From the NCBI GenBank assembly GCA_027490985.1, contig JAIXXC010000269.1, forward strand, positions 665 through 64,664: a DNA stretch of 64,000 bases, read 5' to 3'. Positions 9,530 to 20,579 of the stretch are shown here, piece after piece. The notes beneath the pieces were generated by a model. The model saw nothing but the letters and a program-made list of their open reading frames with translations. It made no database searches and was not told the origin of the DNA. This stretch comes from Verrucomicrobiales bacterium. GTDB taxonomy: Bacteria > Verrucomicrobiota > Verrucomicrobiia > Limisphaerales > UBA9464. The translations under genes and the position numbers were made by a program. Position 1 is the first letter of the stretch. Each line of letters opens with the position of its first letter.

Positions 9530-9984
9530 GCCTTGGGAGAAAGGGTCTTTTCGAGAACGCTGCGGAAGGAGCCTTCGGCTTCCACGCCCGCGGCCTGGGA
9601 ACCCGGTCCGGAGAGCGGAAGGCCATTCGGCAGGGTCGGATCCGAATCCAGGACCGACAGGAGCGACAACCCATTGGGGGAAGCGCCGATCAAGAACTGC
9701 TGATGCCGGTAGGCGACGACATACACCGCCATCCGTTGGCCGAGATTTTTCACATCCACCACCCTCAGACCGGTGACGGGCGTCTTGTGCAGCAGCAATC
9801 GCTGCCAGTGCCGGTAGATCCACAGCGCCCCGATGAGCAGGGCGAACACCAGGGCCAGGGCCCCCATCATGCGCCCCAGCGAACCGGCGGCACCGCTCAG
9901 GTCGGGCGCCGCGAGGGCGTTGGTCAGGGAACCCGCGGTCAGGGTCGATGGAATGGAATTGGTGGCACCCACGTGACGTCCCAT
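9526..9984 (-). CDS. fliO: Flagellar protein FliO (putative)
   Basis: Single TM helix MMGALALVFALLIGALWIYRHW followed by LRVVDVKNLGQRMAVYVVAYRHQQFLIGASPNGLSLL, the FliO pattern. It sits directly upstream of fliP and overlaps it. The start (ATG 9984) is uncertain; ATG 9870 is an alternative. Confidence 0.7.
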   Translation of the reverse strand: MGRHVGATNSIPSTLTAGSLTNALAAPDLSGAAGSLGRMMGALALVFALLIGALWIYRHWQRLLLHKTPVTGLRVVDVKNLGQRMAVYVVAYRHQQFLIGASPNGLSLLSVLDSDPTLPNGLPLSGPGSQAAGVEAEGSFRSVLEKTLSPKA

Positions 9985-10189
9985 CCAGCAGCGGGTGTGC
10001 CGAGGGGTTTTTGGGCTGAAAACGCAGGATTTCACGATCCCACCCCTCGGAACCGGCATCGATTGCCGAATGGCCGGGCTCACCCCCCTCGGCAAAAACC
10101 TCCGCTTGGACCGTCGTGGGCGCGTTGGCGGAAACGGCCTGACGGGGCCGATCAAACCCGGCGGATGGGTCCGGCGTCGGGTTTGCGCC

Positions 10190-12424
<2,235 letters not shown>

Positions 12425-12440
12425 GGAGGGATTTCCCGGA

Positions 12441-14276
12441 TCACTTGCGGGCTTCTCGCCAGTACGGGCGATCGGCCACGAAGAGGTATCCGTTTTCGGG
12501 ATATCGGTCGCCGAAGGCGAACTTCAGCGGGAACCCCGAGGGGATGTTGCCCTGCCGCAGCAGGTAATCCATGTAGAAGCGCCCCCAGACCGCATCCGGG
12601 TCGTTGAGCAGCTTGGAATGCCACAACTGGTCGCAAGTCAGCGGAGTCAGCAGCAGGGCGCTGAACGGACGCTGGAAGTCGTGGATCTGGTAGAAATCCT
12701 CCTTGGGATCCTGACCGGCCCTCAGGGTCAGCGGCATCGCATCCAGATGCCCGTACCAGGCGACGGCATGGGGCATGTCGCTCAAGACCATCGCCCCCGG
12801 CGGCAAGTATCCCAGCAACTGCCGGATCACCGGCAGGTAGTACGGGGGATTGGCCATCACCGGCTGGCGCGGCGGCAGGAGCGAGAGGACGAAGGGCATC
12901 AGGCAGAGCCCCAGAGGCACCACCATGGCCATCCATCGCGCCAGCGGGTACGGGAAGTCGAACGAATCCAGCGCCCAGCGGAAGACAACCGCCGCATACA
13001 GACAGGCCAGCGGCACGAACCACGCCAGGAGGTTCTCGGAGTTCAGGAACGGGGAGAGGGTGGACAGGTGCGTCTGGATGAGCGCCTGAGCCGGCACCAG
13101 GGCCATGATCATCGCCAGCAACAACCACCGGAAGCGGTTCATGCGGGCATCGCCCATCGGCAGCAGCAACCCGACCAGCAGGAAGGCGCCGAACCAGTTG
13201 CCGAACATGCGCGGCACGTCGTTCGACAGGATGAACTGCGAATTGCTCAGCACCTTGGCCAGCACCTCGGCCAGACGCACCCTCGAGAAGTCCGGATTCT
13301 GGGAGCGCTCCAATTGGTCTTCGGTGAAGGCGGGAGTGCCGACCAGCGGAGCCAGGGTGGCGACCCCCAGAGGCAGGCCGCTCCGAAGGACATTGCGCGC
13401 CATCCACGGAGTGGCCAACAGCAGGAACGCCAGCAACAGGCACCCCACGGTGCGGATCCGCGCCTCGGCCGGAGCCCACCAGCCCACGCAAATGGCCACC
13501 GGCAGGACGAGGAAGCCGAAGGCATACGAAATCAGGAAACCCACCCCCAGCAACCCTCCAAGGACGGCCGACCAGACCGCGTACCGGAACGTCACGACGC
13601 GCGGGCGCCCGTCGTCATCGGGATCGGCCGCGCCGCCGATGCGCAGGGCGACCACGGCCACCATCACGCACAGCAGGGCCAACCACACGGTGGGCAGGCC
13701 CGAGAAGGCGAAATCCCAATTCAACTTCGACCCGGCGAACACCACCACCGCCATGACCCCGATGGACACCTCGAACCATCGACGTCCCACCTGGTACAGC
13801 AGGAACACCAACGAGAGGAATCCGGCGAAATTGAGGCATCCCACCGCCACCTCGGCCGGCGGACGACGCCGAGGCCCCGCCTCCACGCCATAGACCCACC
13901 GATCGGGCAGCACCTTGAACAAGACCCCCAACACGGCGGGATACAGGGGCGGGTGCGAAATGTCGGGGTGGGCCGCCCTGATCAACGTCCGGGGGTCGGT
14001 CCCCGCCTGCGTGGCCCGGGGCGCCTGCAGATGCAGACTCAATGGGCGGATGATCTGGGTGGTGAAACCACGCCCCTCGGCCAGACTGCGTCCCAACTGG
14101 GCCTGATCCATCGCTTCGACCGCGGTGAAATTCTTCACCCCGTCGATGTGGTACAACCCGAGGGCGATGAGGGTGAGCAGCAGCACGATGAACCGCTGGA
14201 GCCACACCCGACCCCGACCTTCTTCAAGGCTGTGGATGAGTTCCTGGATGCCCTTGGGCGGTTCGTTGTACTGCAT
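12441..14276 (-). CDS. Large polytopic membrane protein, possibly GT-C (ArnT/PMT-like) glycosyltransferase fold
   Basis: 611 aa with many hydrophobic helices. The first loop, VEAMDQAQLGRSLAEGRGFTT, resembles the DE/EA..A..A motif loop of GT39/ArnT-type enzymes, and a soluble C-terminal domain follows. The CDS is well supported; the function is tentative. Confidence 0.6.
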   Translation of the reverse strand: MQYNEPPKGIQELIHSLEEGRGRVWLQRFIVLLLTLIALGLYHIDGVKNFTAVEAMDQAQLGRSLAEGRGFTTQIIRPLSLHLQAPRATQAGTDPRTLIRAAHPDISHPPLYPAVLGVLFKVLPDRWVYGVEAGPRRRPPAEVAVGCLNFAGFLSLVFLLYQVGRRWFEVSIGVMAVVVFAGSKLNWDFAFSGLPTVWLALLCVMVAVVALRIGGAADPDDDGRPRVVTFRYAVWSAVLGGLLGVGFLISYAFGFLVLPVAICVGWWAPAEARIRTVGCLLLAFLLLATPWMARNVLRSGLPLGVATLAPLVGTPAFTEDQLERSQNPDFSRVRLAEVLAKVLSNSQFILSNDVPRMFGNWFGAFLLVGLLLPMGDARMNRFRWLLLAMIMALVPAQALIQTHLSTLSPFLNSENLLAWFVPLACLYAAVVFRWALDSFDFPYPLARWMAMVVPLGLCLMPFVLSLLPPRQPVMANPPYYLPVIRQLLGYLPPGAMVLSDMPHAVAWYGHLDAMPLTLRAGQDPKEDFYQIHDFQRPFSALLLTPLTCDQLWHSKLLNDPDAVWGRFYMDYLLRQGNIPSGFPLKFAFGDRYPENGYLFVADRPYWREARK

Positions 14277-14349
14277 GTGAAGCCCTAGTGGACAACAACC
14301 CTACGTCGTTGAAAAGGGGTGTCGCGGGAAGATTATCCGCCGGCGGGGT

Positions 14350-15330
14350 TCAACGTCCCTCGAAGACCTGTCGGATCACCTCTTCGATGGGCACCTCCTC
14401 CACGGCGAAGTCCTTCACCGGCAACCGGTCGAGCAGCACCTTGCAGGTGGCGATCACCGACTCGCGCGGCACCTTCAGCCGGGCCGAAGCGGGGCTCTGC
14501 TCGAGCACTTCGCCCAGTTCGACCAGCGGCACCGAGGCGAAGCCCGAGGCTTGTTCCAGCGTGACGGTGATGATCTTGAAGCCCGCAAACCGGTCGAGAA
14601 TCTCGTTCAGACGCCCGTCGAAGAACACCGTGCCCCGGTCGATGATGATCACCCGGTCGCACAGCTCCTGGATGTCGGCCATGTAGTGGCTGGTGAGCAG
14701 GATCGTGGTCTTCCGCCGCTTGTTGTGCTCCCGCAGGAACTCCCGGACCACCTTCTGCGAAACGACATCGAGGCCGATGGTGGGTTCATCGAGGAAGAGC
14801 ACCTTGGGCTCGTGCAGCAATGCGGCGATGAGCTCGCACTTCATGCGCTCGCCCAGCGAGAGTTCGCGGACCGCGGTGGACAGCTTGTCGCGGACTCCGA
14901 GCAGTTCGCTCATCTCGTCGACCGTCCGCCGGTAGGCCTCGGGAGCCAGACCGTAGATGCGCCCGTTGAGCTCGAGCGAATCCCGGGCCGGCAAGTCCCA
15001 CCAGAGTTGGTTCTTCTGGCCCAGCAGCAGGGCGAACTGGCGGCGGTATCCGTCGGCCCGTTCCCAGGGCACATAGCCCAGCACCGAGGCGGAGCCCGAG
15101 GTCGGGTACAGCAGGCCCGCCAACATCTTGAGCGTGGTGGTCTTGCCGGCCCCATTGGGCCCGAGGAACCCCACGAACTCGCCCTCCTCGACCCGGAACG
15201 ACACATCCTTCACCGCGAACACCGTTTCGTATTCGCGGTGGAACAACCCCTTCAAGGCCCCGGAAAACCCCGGTGCTTTCTTGTAGGTGCGGAACGAGCG
15301 GGTCAATCCCTGGACTTCGATGAGCGCCAC
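14350..15330 (-). CDS. ABC transporter ATP-binding protein (ABC-2/uncharacterised-transport type with C-terminal extra domain)
   Basis: Walker A GPNGAGKTTT, signature LSLGERMK, Walker B LFLDEPTIGLD. The start is set at GTG 15330 (VALIEVQGLTRSF); the track ORF extends to 15423 through non-conserved sequence. Confidence 0.85.
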   Translation of the reverse strand: MALIEVQGLTRSFRTYKKAPGFSGALKGLFHREYETVFAVKDVSFRVEEGEFVGFLGPNGAGKTTTLKMLAGLLYPTSGSASVLGYVPWERADGYRRQFALLLGQKNQLWWDLPARDSLELNGRIYGLAPEAYRRTVDEMSELLGVRDKLSTAVRELSLGERMKCELIAALLHEPKVLFLDEPTIGLDVVSQKVVREFLREHNKRRKTTILLTSHYMADIQELCDRVIIIDRGTVFFDGRLNEILDRFAGFKIITVTLEQASGFASVPLVELGEVLEQSPASARLKVPRESVIATCKVLLDRLPVKDFAVEEVPIEEVIRQVFEGR

Positions 15331-15469
15331 GGGCCGGATGGTGCAACAGATCCGAAGCCGTGGCGAACCGGGATTGAGCGGGCATGCGTCCCGACCCAGG
15401 AATATCGCAGCCCTCGATCCCATGGATTTTGAGTCTGGATCTCGGAGTGTTTCGATTCATCCTCCCCAC

Positions 15470-16516
15470 ATGCCCCGCCGGTTCCTGAGTCTGTTCGCCG
15501 TGATCGGTTGCGCCCTGGGGGCGCAGAATTCCCCGGTCATCAAGCTGCAGTTCCTCGCAGACAAGCCGCCCACGGCCTCGTCGCACGCTTCGACGATCGA
15601 GGAAACGCCCCAAGGATTGGCCGCGGCCTGGTTCGGGGGCACGGCCGAACGGGCCAAGGACGTGGTGATCTGGTTCGCCAAGAAACCGCAGCACCAGTGG
15701 CTCCCGCCGGTCGAAGTGGCCCGGGGCACCGAAGACGCGGGCGCCCCGCAGTACGCCTGTTGGAACCCGGTGCTCTGGCAGCAACCCGGCGGTAGCCTGT
15801 GGCTCTTCTACAAGGTCGGACCCAGCCCCGACACCTGGTGGGGCCGGGTACAGGAATCCAAGGACGGCGGGCGCACCTGGAGCAAGTCGCGGCGGCTGCC
15901 CGACGGTCAGGTGGGCCCGGTCCGCAACAAGCCGGTGCTGCTGCCCGACGGAACCCTCCTGTGCGGAGCCAGCTCCGAAGACGCCGGGTGGCGGGTCCAC
16001 ATGGAGTGGTCCAAACCGCCCTTCACCGAATGGCATCGCACCGGCGCCCTGAACACGGCCGACCAGTGGGGCGCCATCCAGCCGACCCTGCTGCTGTGGG
16101 ACGGCGGCCGCATCCAGAGCCTCGTCCGCACCCGGCAGAAGGTGATCGCCGAGCACTGGAGCAGCGATCAGGGCCGCACCTGGACCGCGCTGGAGAAGAC
16201 CGCGCTGCCCAACCCGAACAGCGGCATCGACGCGGTGCGCCTGCGCGATGGGCGGGCCCTGCTCGTGTACAATCCGCTGGCCGAGAACCGCAGCGTGATC
16301 GGACTGGCCATCTCGGCCGATGGCCGGTCTTGGAAGCACGTCGCCGACCTCGAAAGCACCCAGGAGCCCGGCAAGGCCGACCTGGCCCGCAACCCCGGCG
16401 AATTGAGCTATCCGGCGGTGGTGCAGGCGCGCGACGGCAAGGTGCACATCACCTACACCTGGAAGCGCGAGAAGATCCGCCACGCGGTCGTGGATCCGGC
16501 CCGGATTCCGAAGTGA
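15470..16516 (+). CDS. Secreted BNR/sialidase-like (exo-alpha-sialidase family) beta-propeller protein
   Basis: ATG 15470 gives the signal peptide MPRRFLSLFAVIGCALGAQN. Repeated S-x-D-x-G-x-T-W-like motifs (SKDGGRTWS, SSDQGRTWT, SADGRSWK) are typical BNR/Asp-box repeats. Confidence 0.75.
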   Translation: MPRRFLSLFAVIGCALGAQNSPVIKLQFLADKPPTASSHASTIEETPQGLAAAWFGGTAERAKDVVIWFAKKPQHQWLPPVEVARGTEDAGAPQYACWNPVLWQQPGGSLWLFYKVGPSPDTWWGRVQESKDGGRTWSKSRRLPDGQVGPVRNKPVLLPDGTLLCGASSEDAGWRVHMEWSKPPFTEWHRTGALNTADQWGAIQPTLLLWDGGRIQSLVRTRQKVIAEHWSSDQGRTWTALEKTALPNPNSGIDAVRLRDGRALLVYNPLAENRSVIGLAISADGRSWKHVADLESTQEPGKADLARNPGELSYPAVVQARDGKVHITYTWKREKIRHAVVDPARIPK

Positions 16517-16523
16517 GCTCGGG

Positions 16524-16546
16524 CCCAATCCCGACCCCAATCCCGA
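16524..16546 (+). repeat. Tandem 11/12-nt repeat, C-rich on the + strand, just 3' of the BNR gene stop
   Basis: cccaatcccga / ccccaatcccga, 8 nt after the stop at 16516. Its reverse complement, tcgggattggg, resembles the repeat unit at 45141-45180. Confidence 0.75.
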
Positions 16547-16565
16547 TGGGCGCCGGGATCACGGC

Positions 16566-18491
16566 TCACTGATAGGTGCGCCGCAGGTGGCTGGGCAGCA
16601 CGTTCAGCTCGGCCCGGTATTTGGCCACCGTGCGCCGGGCGATCATGATGTTCTTCTCCTTGAGCTTGTTGACCAACTGATCGTCGGAGAGGGGCTTGGC
16701 CGGGTTCTCGCCGGCGATGAGTTCGGCGAGGATGTTCTTCACCGAGGTGTTCGACACCGTCTGGCCGTCGGCCGTGGCCACGCCCGAGGTGAAGAAGAAC
16801 TTCATCTCGAAGATGCCCTGGGGTGTCCGCATGAACTTGCCCGAGACGGCCCGGCTCACCGTGGTCTCGTGCACCCCCACCACCTCGGCCACCATCACCA
16901 TGGTCATGGGCTTGAGGTGCTCGACGCCCTTCTCCATGAAGTCGCGCTGCCGTTTCACGATCTCACGACCGATGCTCAGGATGGTGCTCTGGCGTTGGTT
17001 CAGGCTCTTGATGAGGAACTTGCCGGCCTTGATCTTGTCGCGCACGTATTCGCGGACCTCCGACGAGGTCTCCGACTGGGCCAGCAGGTCTTTGTAGGTG
17101 CTGCTGATGCGCAACTGGGGCATCAACTCGTCTTTGCCGACGACATCGTACTCCACACGCTGACGCTTCTCGGTGATGGGCAGGAAATCGCAGAGGAACA
17201 GCCGATTGAGTTCGGCCGAGAGCGCCTCGGTCACGCCGCCGGATCCCTTCTGCTCCTCGGCGGCCAGGGCCTCGGCGCAGGCCTTGAGCTTCTTGTCGGC
17301 GGCCGTGCTGAACGAGGCTTCGCCCAGAAACCGCTCAAACAGACGCTCTTCGCCCCGGACGATCCGGGTGAGGTCTTCGCACAACCCGCCCAAGAGCGCT
17401 TCGGACACCGACTCGCGATCGGAAAACCGCCACTGACGGAGCCCCTCGCGGGTCTGCATCGAAAGCCGGTATCGCAGATGGGAGATCACCGCGTCGTCGT
17501 CGTCGGGATCGCCCAGGATCTCGGCCAAGGACGGCGGATCTTCGATGTCGGACAGGTAGACCTCGGGGTTGGGGTCGTCGGCCACCCGCCGCACGACTTC
17601 CAGCTCCGGGACCACATACTGCTCGGGATCGCGGGAATAATCCGATCCGGGCCGCGGATCCAAGCGGGCCAGGCGCGCGGCGGCATCCTGCGCCTCGGCC
17701 GGCGTGATGCCCAATTGCCGGGCGATCTCGGGGAAACGGCGCTTGCCCAATTCCTCCATGTGATCCCGGAGGATGAGGTATTCGAGCTCGTGGGTGCGTC
17801 CGGCCCGCTCCATCTGGAGCATGAGGCATTCGCGCAGATCGCGGGCCCCCACCCCGGCGGGCTCGAACGACTGGAGCACCGACAGCACCTCGAGGATCCG
17901 TTCGGTCGAGACCCCCGTGGAGAAGGTGAGCTCGTCGGGACGCGCCGTGAGATACCCCCGATCATCGATGTTGCCGATGAGCAGCTCGGCGACCTCGCGC
18001 TGTTCGTGGGTCAGTTCCGAGAATCGCACCTGTTCGAGCAGATGCTCCTGCAACGATTGCCCGGTGGTGAGCGAATCGAAGAGATGCTGTCGACGCTCTT
18101 CGTCTTCCGGGGTGACCCGATTGACGGTGTTGTTCTGGGCGAAGACCTCGCGCCACTCCTCATCGAGCTTGAGCAGCTTCTGGAGATCTTCCGAGAAGCG
18201 ATCGACCGGCTCATCGTCGGGTTTTTCGACCGCCGGATCGAACTGCACATCCATCGGGGGCTCGGTCGGGTCGGCGGCCGCCGCTTCGGCCTCGGCCTTG
18301 GATTCGCGGGCCTCGACATCGACCTCCAAGGTTCCGATCTCCTCCAGCACCGGATTCAACTGCAACTCCTGCTCCACCATGGCCTTGAGCTCCAGCACCG
18401 GGGCCTGCAGCAATGCCAGCGAGTGCTGGAGCTGCGGCGACAGCACCATCTGCTGGGAAAGCCGTTGGCTGAGTTGGAGTCCCGCGGACAT
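16566..18491 (-). CDS. rpoN: RNA polymerase sigma-54 factor RpoN (long form, internal insertion)
   Basis: Region I LSPQLQHSLALLQAPVLEL, an acidic region II, the HTH VAEVVGVHETTVSRAV, and the RpoN box ARRTVAKYRAEL. At 641 aa it is far longer than the ~480-aa canonical protein. Confidence 0.95.
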   Translation of the reverse strand: MSAGLQLSQRLSQQMVLSPQLQHSLALLQAPVLELKAMVEQELQLNPVLEEIGTLEVDVEARESKAEAEAAAADPTEPPMDVQFDPAVEKPDDEPVDRFSEDLQKLLKLDEEWREVFAQNNTVNRVTPEDEERRQHLFDSLTTGQSLQEHLLEQVRFSELTHEQREVAELLIGNIDDRGYLTARPDELTFSTGVSTERILEVLSVLQSFEPAGVGARDLRECLMLQMERAGRTHELEYLILRDHMEELGKRRFPEIARQLGITPAEAQDAAARLARLDPRPGSDYSRDPEQYVVPELEVVRRVADDPNPEVYLSDIEDPPSLAEILGDPDDDDAVISHLRYRLSMQTREGLRQWRFSDRESVSEALLGGLCEDLTRIVRGEERLFERFLGEASFSTAADKKLKACAEALAAEEQKGSGGVTEALSAELNRLFLCDFLPITEKRQRVEYDVVGKDELMPQLRISSTYKDLLAQSETSSEVREYVRDKIKAGKFLIKSLNQRQSTILSIGREIVKRQRDFMEKGVEHLKPMTMVMVAEVVGVHETTVSRAVSGKFMRTPQGIFEMKFFFTSGVATADGQTVSNTSVKNILAELIAGENPAKPLSDDQLVNKLKEKNIMIARRTVAKYRAELNVLPSHLRRTYQ

Positions 18492-18641
18492 CGGCCGTCA
18501 GGCTACCGCAAGAATCTTGCCAATCAAAGAAAGAACCGAAACGACGGGGCTTGAACCCGGTTTCAGCGCCCCCCAAGACACTGGGACCGGCAGAATCCAG
18601 CCGGGCTGGAACCCTGATTTTTGAGGATCCAAATCGCCAGT

Positions 18642-19316
18642 TCAGCGACTGGAGTTCCGACGCTCGGCACGCCGCCAAGCCGACTCGCGGCGTTGCGATT
18701 CGGCCCGCAACAACTCCTCGGCCGACCAACCGGCCGCCTGACATTGGGCGGTCAGGTCGAACAGGGCTTGCGCCATGGCCTTGCGCTCTCCGGCCTTCGG
18801 CGCGGCTGGAACCTCGGTCAACCCGGCCTTGGCGGCCTTCTTGAGCAGCTTCTGGGAGCGCATCAGAGCCGGCAGGTGCCGGGGCACCCCATCGAGCGCC
18901 GATTTGCGCTCATGCTTGGAACCGGCCTTCTCGGCCTTCTTGATGGACTCCCAATGGGCCCAGACCTGATCGACATCCTTCACCGTCACCGATCCGAAGA
19001 CATGCGGATGACGACGGATGAGCTTGTCGACGAGGTGTTGGCAAACGGAGTCGAAGTCGAACACGCCCCGCTCACGGCCCAATTGGGCGTGGAACACCAC
19101 TTGAAGCAGCAGGTCGCCCAACTCCTCGGCCATCTCCCCATCATCGCCGGCCTCGATGGCATCGAGCAGTTCGTACACCTCCTCAACCGCGTGGGAACGC
19201 AGCGACCGGTGGTCCTGCTCGCGGTCCCACGGGCAACCGTCGGGCGCCCGCAAGGCGGCCATCACCTCGACGAGTTGTCGGATCGGAGCCAGGCGTCGGG
19301 AAGGAGCTTTGGGCAT
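18642..19316 (-). CDS. mazG: Nucleoside triphosphate pyrophosphohydrolase MazG
   Basis: 224 aa. CPWDREQDHRSL..EEVYELLDAIE...EELGDLLLQVVFHAQL is the typical MazG EExxE/ExxD catalytic helix pattern. Confidence 0.9.
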   Translation of the reverse strand: MPKAPSRRLAPIRQLVEVMAALRAPDGCPWDREQDHRSLRSHAVEEVYELLDAIEAGDDGEMAEELGDLLLQVVFHAQLGRERGVFDFDSVCQHLVDKLIRRHPHVFGSVTVKDVDQVWAHWESIKKAEKAGSKHERKSALDGVPRHLPALMRSQKLLKKAAKAGLTEVPAAPKAGERKAMAQALFDLTAQCQAAGWSAEELLRAESQRRESAWRRAERRNSSR

Positions 19317-19348
19317 GGGATGAGGCTGGAGGCGGGGTTCAGGAACAC

Positions 19349-20443
19349 TCAGAGCACCACCAGGTCATCCCGGTGGATGATCTCGGGTCGGTTTTGGGAT
19401 CGGGAGCGGACCTCGTCGGCCGAGGCTCCCGAGAGTCCGCGGGCGAACTCGCGGCCCTCGGGGTCGCAGATGCGCACGACATCGCCGGCAGCGAATCGCC
19501 CCTCGCACCCGATCACGCCCGGGGCCAGCAGGCTGCGGCCGTGATCGCGCAAGGCCACCACGGCACCGGCATCCACCGTGAGGGTCCCCTCGGCATGATG
19601 GTAGAAGGCGATCCAGCGCTTGCGGCTCGAAAGGCGGCCCGACCCGGCCAGGAACCGGGTCCCCACCGCTTCCCCGCGGACGATCCTCTCGAGGGCGTCA
19701 TGGCGGTGCCCCGGTGCGATCACCATCGGAATGCCCGAACGCACCACGATCTTGGCCGCCGAGATCTTGGTGGTCATGCCCCCGGTGGCCGTCTCGCTGG
19801 TGGTCCCGCCGGCCATGGCCTCGATGCGCGAATCCACCGCCTCGACCGTCTCCAGCAGACGGGCCTCGGGCTTCCCGAAGTGTTCGATCAAGCCGTCGGC
19901 GGTGGTGAGGATGACCAGCAGATCGGCCGGCAACAGACTGGCCACCAGGGCCGACAGGCGATCGTTGTCACCGAACTTCAGCTCGGTCACCGATACGGCG
20001 TCATTCTCGTTGATGATGGGCAGAACCTGGTGCTTGAGCAGGGTCAGCAGGGTGTTCCGCGCGTTGAGGTGCCGGGTGTGATCGGCCAGGTCGTCGTGGG
20101 TCAGGAGCACCTGCGCCACAGGTTGCTCATAGTGCCGGAAGAGCGACTCGTAGAGGGCCATCAACCGCGACTGCCCCACGGCCGCGCAGGCCTGCCGTTC
20201 GGCCAGACTGCCCGGACGGCGATCATAACCCAGCACGCCCATGCCCGCGCCCACCGCGCCCGAAGTCACCACCACCACCTCGTGCCCGGCGGCCCGAAGA
20301 CGGGCGATCTGTGCCACCAGTTGGGCGAACTGGACCAGATCGAGCCGCTTGGAGGCATCGGTGAGCACACCGGTTCCCAGCTTCACGACGACACGACGGG
20401 CGGATGGAGGCGCAGACGAACGCACGCCCGAGACTTTGCCCAT
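19349..20443 (-). CDS. proB: Glutamate 5-kinase ProB (with PUA domain)
   Basis: From ATG 20443: ...RRVVVKLGTGVLTD..., the amino-acid kinase fold, plus a C-terminal PUA-like segment (GTLTVDAGAVVALRDHGRSLLAPGV). Track ORF 19349-20764 is over-extended. Confidence 0.9.
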   Translation of the reverse strand: MGKVSGVRSSAPPSARRVVVKLGTGVLTDASKRLDLVQFAQLVAQIARLRAAGHEVVVVTSGAVGAGMGVLGYDRRPGSLAERQACAAVGQSRLMALYESLFRHYEQPVAQVLLTHDDLADHTRHLNARNTLLTLLKHQVLPIINENDAVSVTELKFGDNDRLSALVASLLPADLLVILTTADGLIEHFGKPEARLLETVEAVDSRIEAMAGGTTSETATGGMTTKISAAKIVVRSGIPMVIAPGHRHDALERIVRGEAVGTRFLAGSGRLSSRKRWIAFYHHAEGTLTVDAGAVVALRDHGRSLLAPGVIGCEGRFAAGDVVRICDPEGREFARGLSGASADEVRSRSQNRPEIIHRDDLVVL

Positions 20444-20579
20444 CCCCCGGTCGCGCTCAATCCGCAAGTCGCACACCGGCCCATCGGCCGGGCCCGCCCC
20501 CGAAGGCCGGACCTGCGGACCCGGAGGCGTCGACCTCGAACTTGTTGGTGGTTTCGAAGGTCGGTCGTAGTCTCCGCGG

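Noticed and set aside
7569-9674. 701-aa ORF on the - strand spanning fliR, fliQ and fliP in another frame (and the 628-aa + strand ORF 6761-8647)
   Set aside because: These are off-frame or antisense to four conserved flagellar genes and have Pro/Arg/Gly/His-rich sequence. There is no evidence for overlapping coding.
18545-18600. tRNA-like GGGTTCAAGCCCC on the minus strand between mazG and rpoN
   Set aside because: Only a 4-bp T-stem is possible, and there is no matching acceptor 5' strand upstream. It is not a tRNA.
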